Source of the DNA: Chrysomallon squamiferum
Taxonomy: Eukaryota; Animalia; Mollusca
Assembly: GCA_012295275.1 (NCBI GenBank)
Contig: CM022672.1
Span: 31,868,001 to 31,932,000, forward strand
Direction of reading: 5' to 3'
DNA length: 64,000 nucleotides
The notes below the pieces were generated by a model. It had not been told where the DNA came from, did no database searches, and saw nothing but the letters and a program-made list of their open reading frames with translations. A program made the position numbers and the translations under genes. Positions 18,808 to 34,197 of the stretch are shown in pieces. Each line of letters starts with the position of its first letter. The first letter of the stretch is position 1.

Positions 18808-20599
18808 CTAGCAATTGTTGTTGTTTTTTTCTTTCTGTTATTTCGGGTTTGTTAGTTATTTTTCTATTTTTAATTTATTATCATTATCGTTATTGTCTTC
18901 ACAGTTATTTGAATTGTTTCGTTTTGATTTTTTACATTTTTGTTGCTAAATAATGAGTAATACATTTTTCTGAATTATTGTTATTATTATTATAAATTGC
19001 ATTTTATTTCATTTGATATTTGATATTTTTACATTTAATTTTTTATTAATTTCTTTATTTATTATTTTTATTAACCGATATTAATTATTAATTAATTAAT
19101 AAATTTATTTATTTATTTATATTTTTTATTATATTATTTTCTTCTTGGATGTATTGTTATTAATAGTTGTTTAAGTTAAAGTTAATTTATTTCAGATAAA
19201 GATTTAAAATGTTGTTTTTATTTTCAGTTTTTGCTTAAAGATTAGCTGTGTTGGGTCAGTGCAAGAGAAAATAAAAATATTTACATGGATGCTCACATGA
19301 AAATAGTTTAACTTTCTCTTACTGTTTGTTTATGTCTCTGTAGCAGCCAATATTATCCTTCAGTGTTTATATATTTGCAAAACCATCAGTTTTAGTAAAT
19401 ACTGTTAATTTATATTGCTGTATTATTTATATGTAACATTATGTTTCTATATGCTATTCATGAGTATCATGTAGGGGCCAGTGTTTTTTTTTTTATGTGA
19501 TTTACTTTTTTCCTCTTGTATTCTGTGAACTACACAATAAATATGTATCTGTGACTGGATGACATATACTGACTGTGATAACAAATGAAGTGAATTCTCA
19601 GGAAATGTGTTGTCTCTCATGTGAAGAGTTCAATGTATTTGGTTACCCATTTTGTTAAGCTTTATATCTCAGTTTAAGCAGTTAACTTTTAAGGTATTTA
19701 TGTCAAGCTGTAATACTATAGGCGATGGTGTTTTTTACTTCAGGTATTTTACCTTTTGTAATCCTAATTTTTTAAATTTTTATTAGAATACAGTGTTAAG
19801 AAAAGAATGTAAAGGTTTGCAAATATATAAAAGAATTTTGTGTGGTTTGTGATTGTATAATACTATAGCAGATTATTTAATTTGTATGGTTGTGAACTTT
19901 ATGACTGTCAATAAGATAAAATGAATTTTTCAAAGATCCATTAAAAACTGTCAGTCATAAGAACTCAGTCCATTGCAGCTTTTACAGTTACAACATATTT
20001 CAAATAATTTCAAAGTTTACAATCATACATTTGTAAAGTAATATTTGACAACTAACAAAAAGCAAATAATTTATCTAAACATAATACCGTAACATGAAAT
20101 TATCTTTATCTAAAGATCCAATACTTCATCCAGCACATCAAAACAATCATTCATTTTCAAATTTTATTAACATTTACTTTGAGAACTCCGATAACAATAT
20201 ACGTCTGAACTGAGATAAATTATCCAGGAATAACAGTTAAACAGTATTAGAAATCTGAAGACAAAAAATTAATAATAATAAATAAAATAAAATAAATAAA
20301 ATAAATAAAATAAATAAATAAATAAAAAGAAACGAAAATAAAGAAAGCAAATATTTAGGAAAAACAGATATAATAGAAAGTAAATAAAGCAAATCACTTT
20401 TCTTTTCAGTCTAATAACTATTGAAACAGCCCTATTATTTATTTATTTATTTATTTATTATATGTAAAATAATAAAATTTAACTTCATAGCTTTTTAAAG
20501 TAATAACAGTTCACATGTGAACCTGCTGGTTTTAGGTACTTAACAAGTTATTAATGTGTTTATCTTATGATTACAAAATTGGTTCAAATTAATATTGGT

Positions 20600-23500
20600 T
20601 TCTGCCATTATGTGGTTTCCTGTCTATTGTCGCAGACGACAGAAGCTAAGACGGCATTCGGGAAGGTCCGGAATGATCCGAATGGTCACGACCAGTTTTA
20701 CGATACTGGGTCAGCGAGTCTCGCGGTTTTGTTTATCAAGACTACAGTCAACTAGTATTTGGCCTTCAAAGTTAATGTTTATTAAAATATGTTGCAAATT
20801 AAAGGTAAGCCGGTACGCCCAATTTATCGAACTACGAGCAAACCTTTTTATGTGAAATCAATATTTGAGATAAAGTAATTAATAGTGGCTCTGTAGTCAC
20901 TATAGTGGTATTATAACTTATAGATAAACAGGTCAAGTCGCCCAAACGGAACTTTGGCCATTTCAAGCCCTATATTACAGTGTGTACAGTATAATATACA
21001 ATATAGGCCTATATATGTATTTCGCTAAGTAATATTTAAAAAAAATATATATGTATATACACATTTCTAATAATCTTGCTGTTATGAAGTGGATAGGTAT
21101 ATTTAAAAATTCATTTAAATTTTATTGTGTGTGAAAGACATTTATATATATATTAGCTAATAGGAATCATGCTGGTATTTTCAAGTAAATTACAGTTGTT
21201 ATTGTTCTTATTATTGTTGTTGTTGTTGTTGTTATAAAATCTTTTACAACTATTAATCATGTATATTTGTTATATATTTATTTTGTATTTACAGATGGCT
21301 GAACTTCCACTGGAGTCCATATTGTCCAAGATGTTTATCATGTCATTTCGCTTGGAATTATCACAGTTGTGTCCATATTGGCTGTGCAGAATGTTTTATA
21401 CAAACCAGAGGTTTGAAATTCATTTTTGTATTCGTATTACAGATATGATTAAGCTATTATAACATTAAACATCCAAAATTATTATTAAACAAATTTTACA
21501 TAAAACATCTTTTTTGTATTGAAGATGAAAAAAATTACATTACAAGGAAATGAATTTATTGTTTTTAAAAACAGAAAGAAGTAAAAGTATTCATGAATAA
21601 AATAAATTATTTTTCCTCCATCCTAAAGATTTTTTTAATTTTTTTTTTTTTTTATATTTATGGGAAATAATCTTTTTTAAGAAAAATGTTTGACACAATG
21701 AAAGTTTTGTTACTAAACTGAAAAAAAAATTAAGCTTTCAAATTCCTTTTTGTTGGTTATTATGAACAATAATAAAAAACAGAACAATCTGAGAAAAATA
21801 AATTTATTCTGACTAAATAATCTGTAATTTTAATATTTTAGGTGATATTTAAATAGTAATTTGTTTTTGTTTCCAGAGATTACCAATGATAAATTGAATA
21901 CTTCTTTTTTTTTTTTAGTTAATTATAATTTTATTTATTAGAGTTATCAATAATAAATGTTAACTTTTTTTTATGGTTTATCAATGATAAATGTAATTTA
22001 TTACTTTACAGGATAAACAAGCTCTTTCTGTCCAGAAAAAAGGCCAGTTTCCTTCAGGCCAAGGATGACCACTTGACCGTGTGTGTAGTGCACAGTTCAG
22101 TGAAGAACAATCACTTCTCCAGTCCTGACTGTTGTACAGACTCGGACATTCAGATGTACTCAACATGTTTGTAGACAGATGCTGGGTATATTGGACAAGT
22201 AATTCAGTTTACTACCATATTTTATAAACATTAAATTTAAAATAATAAATTACTTAATTTCACCAGAGAATGTTTTAATATTAATATTATTATATATAAT
22301 TTTTTTGTTCATTTGTAAATAATGATGTATGTTGATGCAAATATAAATACAGACTTTGTCATTGATTTAGCAATTGTGATAACATAGCTGTAAGAGGAAA
22401 TAGCCAACTGAACATGTATTTTAGAAAGTTTGAATTTAAAATTAAGAATAAGATGAAGATTATAGATTTTATTTGTTATGAATTTAAAAGAAATATATAT
22501 AAAAAAAAAAAAAAGTATATTTTATTTTTAAATTTAGTAGATTCAAACTTAAAGCTTCTGACTTGATTTGTTCAAACTTGTGTTAAACACACACATCCCC
22601 AGATAATCAGAAATACAGTAACAACAAGAAATATTTTAATAAATACAATTTGACTTTATTTCATTTCAGTTAAATTTTATTTCACTCTACATATATATTA
22701 GTTGAAAACATCATTTGAAATTCAAATGAAGAAATAAAATTATTATAGTCATTCTACAAAAAAGTACAATTAATGTTTTATTTTCAGAAACAAGGTGTAT
22801 GTTATGTAAGAATCACTACAGAGTACAAAATCTATTTACAGAAGATTCTTACAGCAAAGAAATCACAGGACAGTTACAGAGAATCAGATGTTTTACATCA
22901 GTGCTGTTTTAGCAGACTGAGTGATTGGTAAGTAAACTGTATGTACATTACATTTGTAATACGGTTACTGACATTTGTATTTCTAAATGTATGAATGTCA
23001 TGTCTGATTTTTCACACAGGGTACAGAAATCTATTTACAGCAGATTCTTCACACCATGTTAGTTTAACTGTCTGCTTGACTGATAAATAAATGTAAATTT
23101 TTCTCTCACAATTTTTAATAAACTTTTCCATAAGTCCTTTCACTAACCATTAAGTGTGAAATATAATTTTAAATGGTCTATTTCAGATGATAGTTATTAA
23201 TTATTATTTTTGATAATGACAGTGTGAGAGAAAAACACTCTACATTTTCACTGTTAATTAAGACAGCTATTTTTATGTTCAGTTTTCAGTGTACATTTTT
23301 TAATACATGAGTAACAGACTGCACAAAACAAGTGAGATACTATAATCTGTTACTGCTCATCTCAGCTGTCTACTATTAAGTCACAAAACAGAACCTATCT
23401 AGTCTTCATTTTACACGTCAAATTCTATAATCCACATTCAGAGGCAAATTTTATAATCAGGATATATTAATACTGTTTATACAATTCTGAATATTATTTT

Positions 23501-23916
23501 AGTTTTAATAAAAACATGTTTATTTTTGTTTTAAATATTTCAGGTTTGTTTATACTGAGAAATGCTAATGATAATCATCTGTTCATTCTAAATGGCTTCT
23601 TGAGTTTGCCTCCAAGTTTTTCAAATTTTCTGATCACACTGAACTAAGCAAGCAGAAGAAATAGCAGAAGATGAAACATCTCAACAAAAAATAAAAAGAA
23701 GCTGAATGCCTGGAGAATACTGAGAACTTCTAGAAAAATCCACACCAAACAAAAGTTTAAAAACATCACTTGTGTGAGTCATGGACTACACTTAGTGAAT
23801 AATTTATAAAACTGTGATTTCAGATTGGAAGTTACCATGTTGTTCATACAAGATATAGTTACATACAGACCAATATACATAATGTTTGGACCAGACACAG
23901 CAGCAAGTTCAGTCAG
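20600..23916 (+). ncRNA. Candidate spliced non-coding or degenerate transcription unit (duplicated at ~47560-50860)
   Basis: CpG-rich start ~20620-20840 with donor AAG/GTAAGC at 20805. Exon-like blocks with polypyrimidine-CAG acceptors at 21295-21410, 22012-~22198, 22788-22927 and 23544-~23916. No recognisable continuous ORF. Confidence 0.35.
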
Positions 23917-25697
23917 GTCTGTGTAAAAAAATCTTTAATTTTAAAAAATTATTTATTAGAAATCCTTGATTACTGCTTTGAAAAAAATAAAGTAAACATT
24001 TTATATAAAGGTGTTTGGTCCAGGGGAGATAATTTCATTTTTCTGTTTTATTTTTTGTATTTCTTATTTTATTTTATTTTTTAAATCTACTGAATTATCT
24101 ATACCAAATATAAAATAACAAAAAACACCAAGACTTCTGGTAAAGATTTAGCCAATAAACTTATCCTAATAAAACATAAAATGGAAGTAGATAATTTTAT
24201 GTGTTTTTGGAAGATAAATCAGAAGTTACAAATTTTCTGAATAAATACTTTTCAGATTACAAGTTATTTGTTATTTTTTTCTGTAAATAAATATCTTGGT
24301 ATTTTTTATTTCATTATTTTGAATGTTTTATTATTATACTTTTGTTGGATAGATCAGAAATCTTGGTATTTTTATATTTTACAACACCCTTGGCTCTGAT
24401 CTTAAACACCTTATAAAACATTTTAAAACAAATTTAATTTAAAAGTTCAATTATATCATGCTTTTCTAAATCTGTATTTATAGATTTTTATAACATTTTT
24501 CTAAAATTATGTTTTTTTATGTGAAAAACTAGTTTTGATATAACTTGTGTTTTTTTTGTTGAAATAAATATTTCAAATTATTTTGTATTCTATTTTTAAT
24601 TTAATATTTTTAGCTAGCATTATCAAACATCCTAAGGTGAGGAATATTCTTATTTACATAGTTTTGCTACATTAACCGAAACTTAATAAACATTATAGAT
24701 TCTTATATATTAGTAGCTGTACAAAATTATTTGAATTTTCTGATTCAGGTTGAGTGCATGAAATGTCCGTAACACAGAGAAAACAAATCACAGACTAGTT
24801 GAGAAGACAACAACTGTTATAGTCACTGATACTGTTTGGTGCTTGGAACTCATGTGAACTTCTGCACTGTTAACCTTTTAATATATATATATAAAATAAA
24901 GAAAAATTATTGATGCAGCCTCTAATAAAACTATTATTTAATTTACAAATATTGTTTTAATTAAAAAAATGTCTGTGTGCTTTAGAGTCATCAGACACTG
25001 GTCATAGGAGTTTTGTTAATTTATTATCAATGTCACAAAAAGAATAATGTGGAAAGTTTTTTGAAGGGTTCCAGAATTTTTTATTCTATTTTATTTTAGT
25101 ATTATTATTTCATTTATTCATTTATTTTTGTCTTTTTCAATGAGTTTCATGGGATTATTTACTTGGGGGAATATTCAACTAAATCTTTACAAAAATGTTT
25201 GGATTCTGGATTTGATTCTGGTTCTGGACTGTAAGATGATGACCAGCACTCAACTCTAACATTTTCTTATTATATTTATTAAACTTCATATTTATTTAAA
25301 TTGTTCAAGTATAATGTACACAGGTTTATTATCTCTCTGCATCTCTGTCTTTGAGTCCCTCTGTCAGTCAGTCTTCTCAGTTGTATCCATGAAGCCTAAA
25401 TGTATCCATCAAATCCATCCATACACTGATACATCACTACATACATCTGTCTGTTTCATGTATTTGTTAACCCACACATCCATGATTCAACCTCTCTTTT
25501 ATCTCTTACCTATCTATATATCTTTCCATCTGACTGGCATTAACTTTGCTTATGTGTATGCATGCATATATCTTCCTTTGCCTAAGTATCTGTTTATATA
25601 TTTACATATACACACACCATCTGTGTATCAGTCTACATATTTAGCTGCCTATATGATACCTTCCTATTTTCAGTATAATTTATCTGTCTACCACATA

Positions 25698-25732
<35 letters not shown>

Positions 25733-26932
25733 CACTAGAAGTAATATTATTATTATTACATCATTTAGCCTTTATTTTTATTACTTAATGGCAATTTAGG
25801 TCTTCGCCAAGTGAAAGCAGATTTTTAATTTATATTTTTGAAATAATAACTGTTAATAAAAATCTTTAAATACAACAAAATACTTCACTGAATTTAATGT
25901 TATGTTTCAACAGTTATTTTCAAGACATCACAAGTGTACAGTTAAACTTCTATCACTACAAACAGAATCCTTTTCATTCAGGAGTAATTTCTACTTTTTA
26001 TGAACATGTTATTGGTAAACTTGTTATACAGATCTTGACTTTATTCAAATAATTCTATTACCAATTTCTTGGGTCTGTTTTTTTTTAATGATCAGAAATG
26101 AATTCATTATATATTAATTATAATTTAAATTGTTTTTTTATTCAACACTGATCTGAAGTTGATACCACTGAATGACAGTGAACTTATTCTCATAAAATGA
26201 ATGGAAGTTTAACATATACCTCGTTTCTCTCATATATTTCTTATTAACAAACATTACTTTTCTTTAATACAAAATATTCTTGCTGTTATTATATATGAAT
26301 ATAATTTTATGTCTTGTATAATTATCAGGTACATTTTTTGGCACCTTTAATAATACACCTTTAATTCCTGCTGTTAGTATATGTAAATTTAATTTTTGTT
26401 CTTGTATAATTATCAGGTATACCTTTTTGCACCTTTAATAATGCAGCGCTGTCTCATTCAAATATACAAGATTTTGTGAAGATCACAAACATCACATTTT
26501 CTATTTTCATGAGAATGTTTTCCCATTCCAAGTGGAAGTTTTACATTGTGTCAAATGCTAACTTTTAAATATTTATTATAAATTCATAAATTTAACATTT
26601 AGCATTATTACTTCTAAAATTTTGTTCTATTATATAATTATTAATTTTTATTAGTTTTATATCAGATTGAATTATACTTCTGTGTGTATTTGTGAGTGTG
26701 TATGCTATTTTTCCAGAAATATTTATTACACTGATTATTTCTCCCTATTACTTTTTCCCTTAATCTTAACAAAATAAAACATTATGAAGAACTGATCCTG
26801 TCAGACAGTTTGACTTGATTCAGTGTTCAAACCATCTACTCCCATCTTAGTAACAGCAACCTAAATATTTTAAATAAAGTTGGAATGGGATATTGACCAA
26901 AGTGAGCACTGAGATGCATTAAAATTCACTCT

Positions 26933-27047
<115 letters not shown>

Positions 27048-27387
27048 ATCCTGTCAATGATAACAACAAGCTGACATTAAACAAATAATAAAAATAAAGT
27101 GTTGATTGGGAAATAAACTGAAAAGAGATCTGGGAAGGTTTGATCCCATGATCCATGAAACCTGAATTCAGAAGTCTGTCCATAGCACTTAACCCTATCT
27201 TTAGTATGACCAAGTGAGTAGTGAAAGACATTAGACAAATCCAAGAAGTAAAATCAAACCAAAAGTAAAGTTTGTTGGGGATATTAGAAGATTTTTGAAA
27301 TTCACTTCTAAGACACTTGATTTTTAAATCTATGATAGGTAACAGAATTATGTTGACATCAGTTCTAATACACAGGGAGAGCAGTGT

Positions 27388-27851
27388 GGCTGTGTATATC
27401 TCATTTTGATCTGAAAATAGATGTCACATGTACAGAGGTTAACAACAGAGAAAACAGAACTAGGTGAGAATAAAGAAGTAAGCTGTGTATATCTCATTTT
27501 GATCTGAAAATAGATGTCACATGTACAGAGGTTAACAACAACGAGCAAACAGAACTAGGTGAGAATAAAGAAGTAAGCTGTGTATATCTCTCAGATCTGA
27601 AAATAGATGTCACATGTACAGAGGTTAACAACAGAGCAAACAGAACTAGGTGAGAATAAAGAAGTAAGCTGTGTATATCTCAGATCTGAAAATAGATGTC
27701 ACATGTACAGAGGTTAACAACAGAGCAAACAGAACTAGGTGAGAATAAAGAAGTAAGCTGTGTATATCTCATTTTGATCTGAAAATAGATGTCACATGTA
27801 CAGAGGTTAACAACAGAGCAAACAGAACTAGGTGAGAATAAAGAAGTAAGC
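27388..27851 (+). repeat. ~90-95-bp minisatellite, ~5 copies
   Basis: Unit AGCTGTGTATATCTCATTTTGATCTGAAAATAGATGTCACATGTACAGAGGTTAACAACAGAGCAAACAGAACTAGGTGAGAATAAAGAAGTA. Confidence 0.95.
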
Positions 27852-28120
27852 AAAATGAAAAACCAAGATGTAAAACAACAACAACAACAAAAATCATCTG
27901 TTTAGATAACATACAAGAAATTCACATACAAAATATACAAAAAAATAAAAATGCACAATCTAAAACCAAAGTGGTAAATATAAAGCAGAATAAAAAAGAA
28001 CCAAAAAAATAAAAATAAAAAAAACATTTTGAAACTTTTAGCCCATAAACCAAGAAATACACATTAAATAATTAAGAAATTATTCAAAACAAATAAAAAT
28101 ACACAGTCAAATCCAAAACA

Positions 28121-28180
<60 letters not shown>

Positions 28181-28367
28181 AATAAATAATAAATAAATAA
28201 ATAAATAAATAGTTAAATACATAAATTTAGGTCAAAACAAAGAAATAAACATGATGAAAAATCTATTCAAGAAACAAGAAACACATACAATGACAGATAT
28301 GTAAAGATAATAAAAATAAAGAAATCATGATAAATGAAGATATATTCAGAACTAATAAAAATTACCA

Positions 28368-28408
<41 letters not shown>

Positions 28409-30506
28409 GATAAAATAAAGATAACTAAATTTTGATATTCACTGTGAATTTTCAAAAATTTAAACAGTAGTGCATAGGAGTTTAAATACATACAAAAACA
28501 TTCACAGAAGTAAATACAAATGAACCTCACAGACTGAGTGAAGAGCCTATACTCTATCCAACCAGTCTTTTGGGGGATTTTTGTTTTTATTTTATTTCGG
28601 GACATTTTAATTATAGTAGATATAAATACAGTTCATACTAATATAGTAAATATTATTTACCTATGTATTATTATTTTGTTTTTAATTCCTTTATTAATCT
28701 GAATTTTTACTGTTATAAATATCATATTCCATCCTGCTGCTTTCAAACAATGTAAACAATACAAAACACATTTTAATTTAAGTATACATAATTCTAAATA
28801 TTTTTCTATAAAGCATGAGACAAAATAGAATGGTTTTTGTTAAAGCTTTGTTAGGAGAGTACTGTGTTTATGTCTTGTGTAACTTTAACATACATTTTAT
28901 TTGTAAACACTGCATCAAACTGATCTTCCTTTTGTGGCATTAAATTAATAATAATAATTTATGTTAATATTACAAAGCCACATTTACTTATAAACTTTGT
29001 CATTCTTGTTTCTAGAAAATTCAGTGAATACACTTTAACTGATTTTAAAATCCTGGTATTATATATTCAGACTAGTAACACAAAATTACTGATAACACTG
29101 CTTACATTTACTCTTTTCTAAATAAACAAATCTAAAGCAAGACTTTAGCATTCAAGAACTGTTAATAAAAACTTTAAATGAAAATATTTTTTAAAAATGA
29201 CCTCTCATCATTAAATCAAATGAGAAACACAAAGTTTAATAATTTTAACATCTGTGATTAGTGATTACTATTCATTTTTATTTCAAATCTCTTTTCTTTT
29301 AGCTCAAGAATAAAACTTTAAAAATAAATTTAAGTCAATATTAAGTTTTAAACAAATTTTCTTAATGAAAAGCAATAGTTATCTGCAGTTCAGAACATGA
29401 ACAGAATAATGAATATTTTAACTATTCTTTTAAGTCTTTCTTTACTGATCTCCTCAAAGTGTTCAAACAAATAATAATAATACTGTATTGTTGCTATTAC
29501 TACTACTACAACAACAACAACTACTACTACTACTAATAATAATAATAATAACAATAGGCATATGCATAACTCTAATATTAATCATAATTTAATAGTAGTA
29601 ATTTTTATTGACTGTATAGAATAAAATAATAAAAAGAAAGTGTAATTTTAAACTTTTAAAAATTTATTATAAAATAATAAGAAGAAAAACAACTACAAGA
29701 AGAAAGAATAAATAACAAATGAAACCATTTTTGAAAAATAATTAAAATATATAAAAAAAAGGTTTGTTTAAAATTTCAAATTATCTTAATTATTTTTAAA
29801 TATTTAAAAAAATATTGAAAGAATGAAACAATAAAAAGCCAATATCGACCTGTTGTTTCACACAAAAATATAAATAATACTTCAGTGAGAGATACATTCC
29901 TGTACACACATCACATTGCAGTCTTTAACAGAATGATCTGAACATCAAAGAAACACTGATCTGTCTTTAAAAGACTGAGTCCACAACAGAAATTCATATC
30001 TTAATAAGACTGAGTACAACAGAAATTCATATCTTAATAAGACTGAGACAGTACAGAACTAAATCTACTGTAATATATCTGTTATAAATAACTAAAATAC
30101 AGTGTTTACTGATTATGGTGAGCACAGCTTGACTCTGTTTTTATTTTGATAATATATTTTGTAATTAATGTAAAAATATTTCTAAAATAAAAACAAAACT
30201 TAAGAGATCAGATGAAGAAAAGGCTCTAATTAAATCATTCATCTCAAGCTTTCCAACTGAACAATAAAACAAACAAAACAACAACAAAGAGGTAGACTTA
30301 TAAGAGTTGTTATTCTTCTTATTATAGCTATTGTTATTGTTTTACTGAATACACATAATTAAATTCGGTGGAATGACTCATGTATGTTTGTTCAAAACTG
30401 AGCAGGATTAAATACGGCTGTTGGTACTGTCCAGACACCAGACATGTCAAAACGTAATCCTCGACACACCCCTTACTTTTATTATAAAGAAAACACGTAG
30501 ATCTAC

Positions 30507-30900
30507 CTGAGCTCCACACTTGATGTGATATAAACATTCTTCGTACCATTGTCAGTACTGAAATATTTACAACCACAGTTCTGTTCTCAGCGCTGACATT
30601 TTTCTCCATCTTGTGCATGTTTGGGAAATTCTTTACCGAAACCGATAAAACATATCGGTGTTTTCTCGGGTTTTAGTAGGCGTTAATCACTTGTGCATTT
30701 ACTGTAACAACAATGTTTTGTTACTAATTATTCTGTTATGAAACTTCAATGACTAACATTTAAACTTGAGCTGTTTATCTATCAGATGTTATCTACAAGT
30801 GGCGAGTTGTTATAAGAATTCAGCTAAGTGGGCGGAGCTACTGATGGCAGCGTCATCTAAAAATAGACGCAGGCTGGAATTTATACAGGTGGTATTTGAT
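30507..30900 (-). promoter_or_regulatory. Candidate CpG-rich promoter and first exon on the minus strand
   Basis: GC box GGGCGGAGC at 30830-30838, YY1-like AAGATGG (minus; 30606-30612), and donor CAG/GTAGAT at 30506. Confidence 0.4.
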
Positions 30901-31328
30901 TTAGTATTATTAGTTGTGGGATTGCTAACAAAGGAACGTATTGAATTAATACGCTTCAGTATTAGTGGTTTAGTAAATAATTGATGGTTAGTAGAACAAC
31001 ATATTATTATATTAATGTTATTTGTAGATATTTGAAAAGTGCGAATGTCACGAATCAAATCAAATATTTTGATTGGACAGTTATTTTTGTACAGGGTTTT
31101 CCCCATTTCCACTGCAAATGATGTAATTTAAATGAGCTGTCGATCCATGTATCCAGCGATGAATTACTCTGTTTAAAAATTAAAACGTATTTCCTAAGTG
31201 AACAATAAAATAAAATAATTATAACATACTTTAAAGCAAAATTTTAATAATTGGCCTTAATATTTAAACAATAAAATGAACATTATAAAGAAAACCATAA
31301 GTACTACTACTACTACTACTACTACTAC

Positions 31329-31371
<43 letters not shown>

Positions 31372-31447
31372 CAATAATAAATAAATAAATAAAATTAGGG
31401 TGTTAGCAACCTTTGTTTAATATCCGCCATTATAATTATATGTAAAT

Positions 31448-31511
<64 letters not shown>

Positions 31512-31644
31512 CAATAAAAAACCACACCGAAAACTTACGCTGCATTTCAATAACCATTTTAACATAGTTAAAACAAAGTTTTATATATTTTTAAGATCTC
31601 AACAAACCAACAAACAGTCATGTCAAGTAAATTTCTAACAGAAT

Positions 31645-31972
31645 CTCAGAGTTATCTTTGTACACAATCTTCTTAATTTTTACATAAATACTAGATTTAG
31701 CTGACAGTTTATGTTTGTACACAGTCTACTTAATTTTTACACTAGATTTCTTCAGTTTATCTTTGTACACAATCTTCTTAGTTTTTACATAAATACTAGA
31801 TTTAGCTGACAGTTTATCTTTGTACACAGTCTTCTTAGTTTTTACATAAATACTAGATTTAGCTGACAGTTTATCTTTGTACAGAGTCCTTTTAGTTTTT
31901 ACATAACTACTAGATTTAGCTGAGAGTTTATCTTTGTACACTTTCTACTTAATTCTAGATTTAGCTGACAGT
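31645..31972 (+). repeat. 57-bp minisatellite, ~6 partly degenerate copies
   Basis: TAGATTTAGCTGA.AGTTTATCTTTGTACA recurs at 31797, 31854 and 31911. Confidence 0.95.
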
Positions 31973-32159
31973 CCATGTTTATTTATAAAATTGTTTGTTT
32001 TAATTTAATTTAATTTAATTTAATTTTTTGTGTTTGTTTTCAAAGAAACAATATTTTTCTCAAATGTTTTAATTATTTTTGTCACATAAAGACAATATTA
32101 GAAGAAATAATTGTTTTCGCCTGCAACTTAACTTGAACCAATATAAACATTTTGCTTCA

Positions 32160-32252
32160 CGGGCTACTCTTTCCAGTTAGCAGCAAAGGATCATTAATAT
32201 GAACCATCCCACAGACAGGAGAGTACATAACATGGTCATTATTATACCAGCT
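32160..32252 (-). mobile_element. SINE central-domain fragment (MetaSINE-like)
   Basis: GGGCTACTCTTTCCAGTTAGCAGCAAAGGATCATTAATATGAACCATCCCACAGACAGGAGAGTACATA resembles, from memory, the reverse complement of the Meta-domain consensus. Not verified by search. Confidence 0.55.
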
Positions 32253-32506
32253 TTGAAAACTACCAAGTCCAGTTTTCTTGTAAATAGAAAACTAATTCAT
32301 TAAATATATATGTCCACAACAGCTAACTCTTGTGCACTTCATAATAAGCTGTACAGGAGTTATCTCCCTTAAATTAACTCATTCATAGATTCCATTGCTA
32401 TTAACTGATGGAAACTTCATATTTTCGATACTATCCTCTGAACTAATCCTTTCATTCTTACTTTTAGTGCTTTTATTTAAAATAAAACAATTCCTTCATT
32501 TTAATG

Positions 32507-32603
<97 letters not shown>

Positions 32604-33042
32604 ATGAATGACTGACTGACATCACTTGTTTTGTTTTATACGAGACAAATATTCTGTAATGATTAGAATGTAGTTTTCAGGCGCCCTACACGTAACCCAC
32701 ATATCAGCAGCAAAAAAACTATATTTATATTTTACACTGTGTGAATAAAAAGAAACACAATAATAATTATTTGATCTACATATCGTGAGACAGTGGTTAG
32801 AACGGACTGCATTCAGGTTAAATAAGAGGATTTTTTTCTGTACTTACATATTATGTCTCTATGGTGCCAGAAGCCTTTATTTTTATAAACATTATTCCTG
32901 CTATGGATATACATGTAACGTGAGGCTTTTTAAAGATGAAAAAATATGTGCTAGACCCGAATATAAAATGTTTCTTACCATCTGGTGTATGGAAGGTGCC
33001 ACTAGAGGATGTGATAATATTATCTCATATAATTTTTATTAC

Positions 33043-33119
<77 letters not shown>

Positions 33120-33900
33120 TACGAGTTTGTTTGTAGATGTCTTTCTCGTCTTTATTGAAATTATTTATCTTCTCACAATGCTGACAAATGTAAATAATTT
33201 CTTATTTTCACGGGTTATTTCTACACTTATGGGCAGATAGTATATTAACAATGAATTTGATAGATCTCTGTAAATAACACCCGAGTATACCTTTGTGTGT
33301 CTCGTGTAGCAGTAACACGATATTTTATATGACATACATAACAAGAAAACAGTCAGTGTTAGATTATATTGATATACTGGTCATGCAAGCCTCGTCAGAG
33401 AAATAAGAATCTACACTTATATTTAGTATAATGTAAACAATATTTCTTATTATTATTAAAGTTTTTTTTTTTTTTTTTTTTTTTTTTGTTATTGTTGTTA
33501 TTATTATTATTATTGTTATTATTTCTTTCTTGTTGCTGTTATTATTATTATAACTGTGTGATGCATTGCATAACATTTTCTGTTCACAGATATGAAGAAT
33601 GTTCTTTGACCCCCTCTCTCATTAATTCATACAAAAATCAAAACATAATAACTGATATCTCAAAAACTTGACTAGATACGAAACTGGATACCTCGCCTGA
33701 GGTCTGTGGGCTGTATTGTAAACCCCGGTGGTAAAATCATATTTGGCCTTTTCTTTTCTGTGCACGCTCGAGTTAGTTTGAGCAAGGGACTGATTCACTA
33801 TAATCACAGAGGAGGAGAACAGGGCCGGTACTGAGTCTTCAGTGTTTTCAGGATGATGAATAAAACGATATATTTTTTGTTTCATTTTCTTTTATTTTTC

Positions 33901-33943
<43 letters not shown>

Positions 33944-34158
33944 TATGATCGATTTGGTTTCCGTTCTCTAACACTTCGTTACCTATATGCAGAGAGATAT
34001 GATGTTTGCTAAAAATATTTATTGTGACGTCATCTTTCTAAAATAGCTTAGAAATCACTTTCACACATATACACATGAGTTTAAACGTGGGTGTATATGT
34101 CTGTTTAATACAATAAATAAATACAATAAATAAATAAAAATATATATATATATAATAT

Positions 34159-34197
<39 letters not shown>

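Noticed and set aside
21295-21410. Cys/His-rich frame (CPRCLSCH...HSCVHIGCAEC) as a zinc finger
   Set aside because: Spacing matches no family I can name, and I could not extend it into a recognisable protein through neighbouring exon-like blocks.
27388-27851. Regular repeats resembling a CRISPR array (also 7891-8095, 31645-31972, 45360-45837)
   Set aside because: Head-to-tail units with no unique spacers, no cas genes and a eukaryotic context; they are minisatellites.
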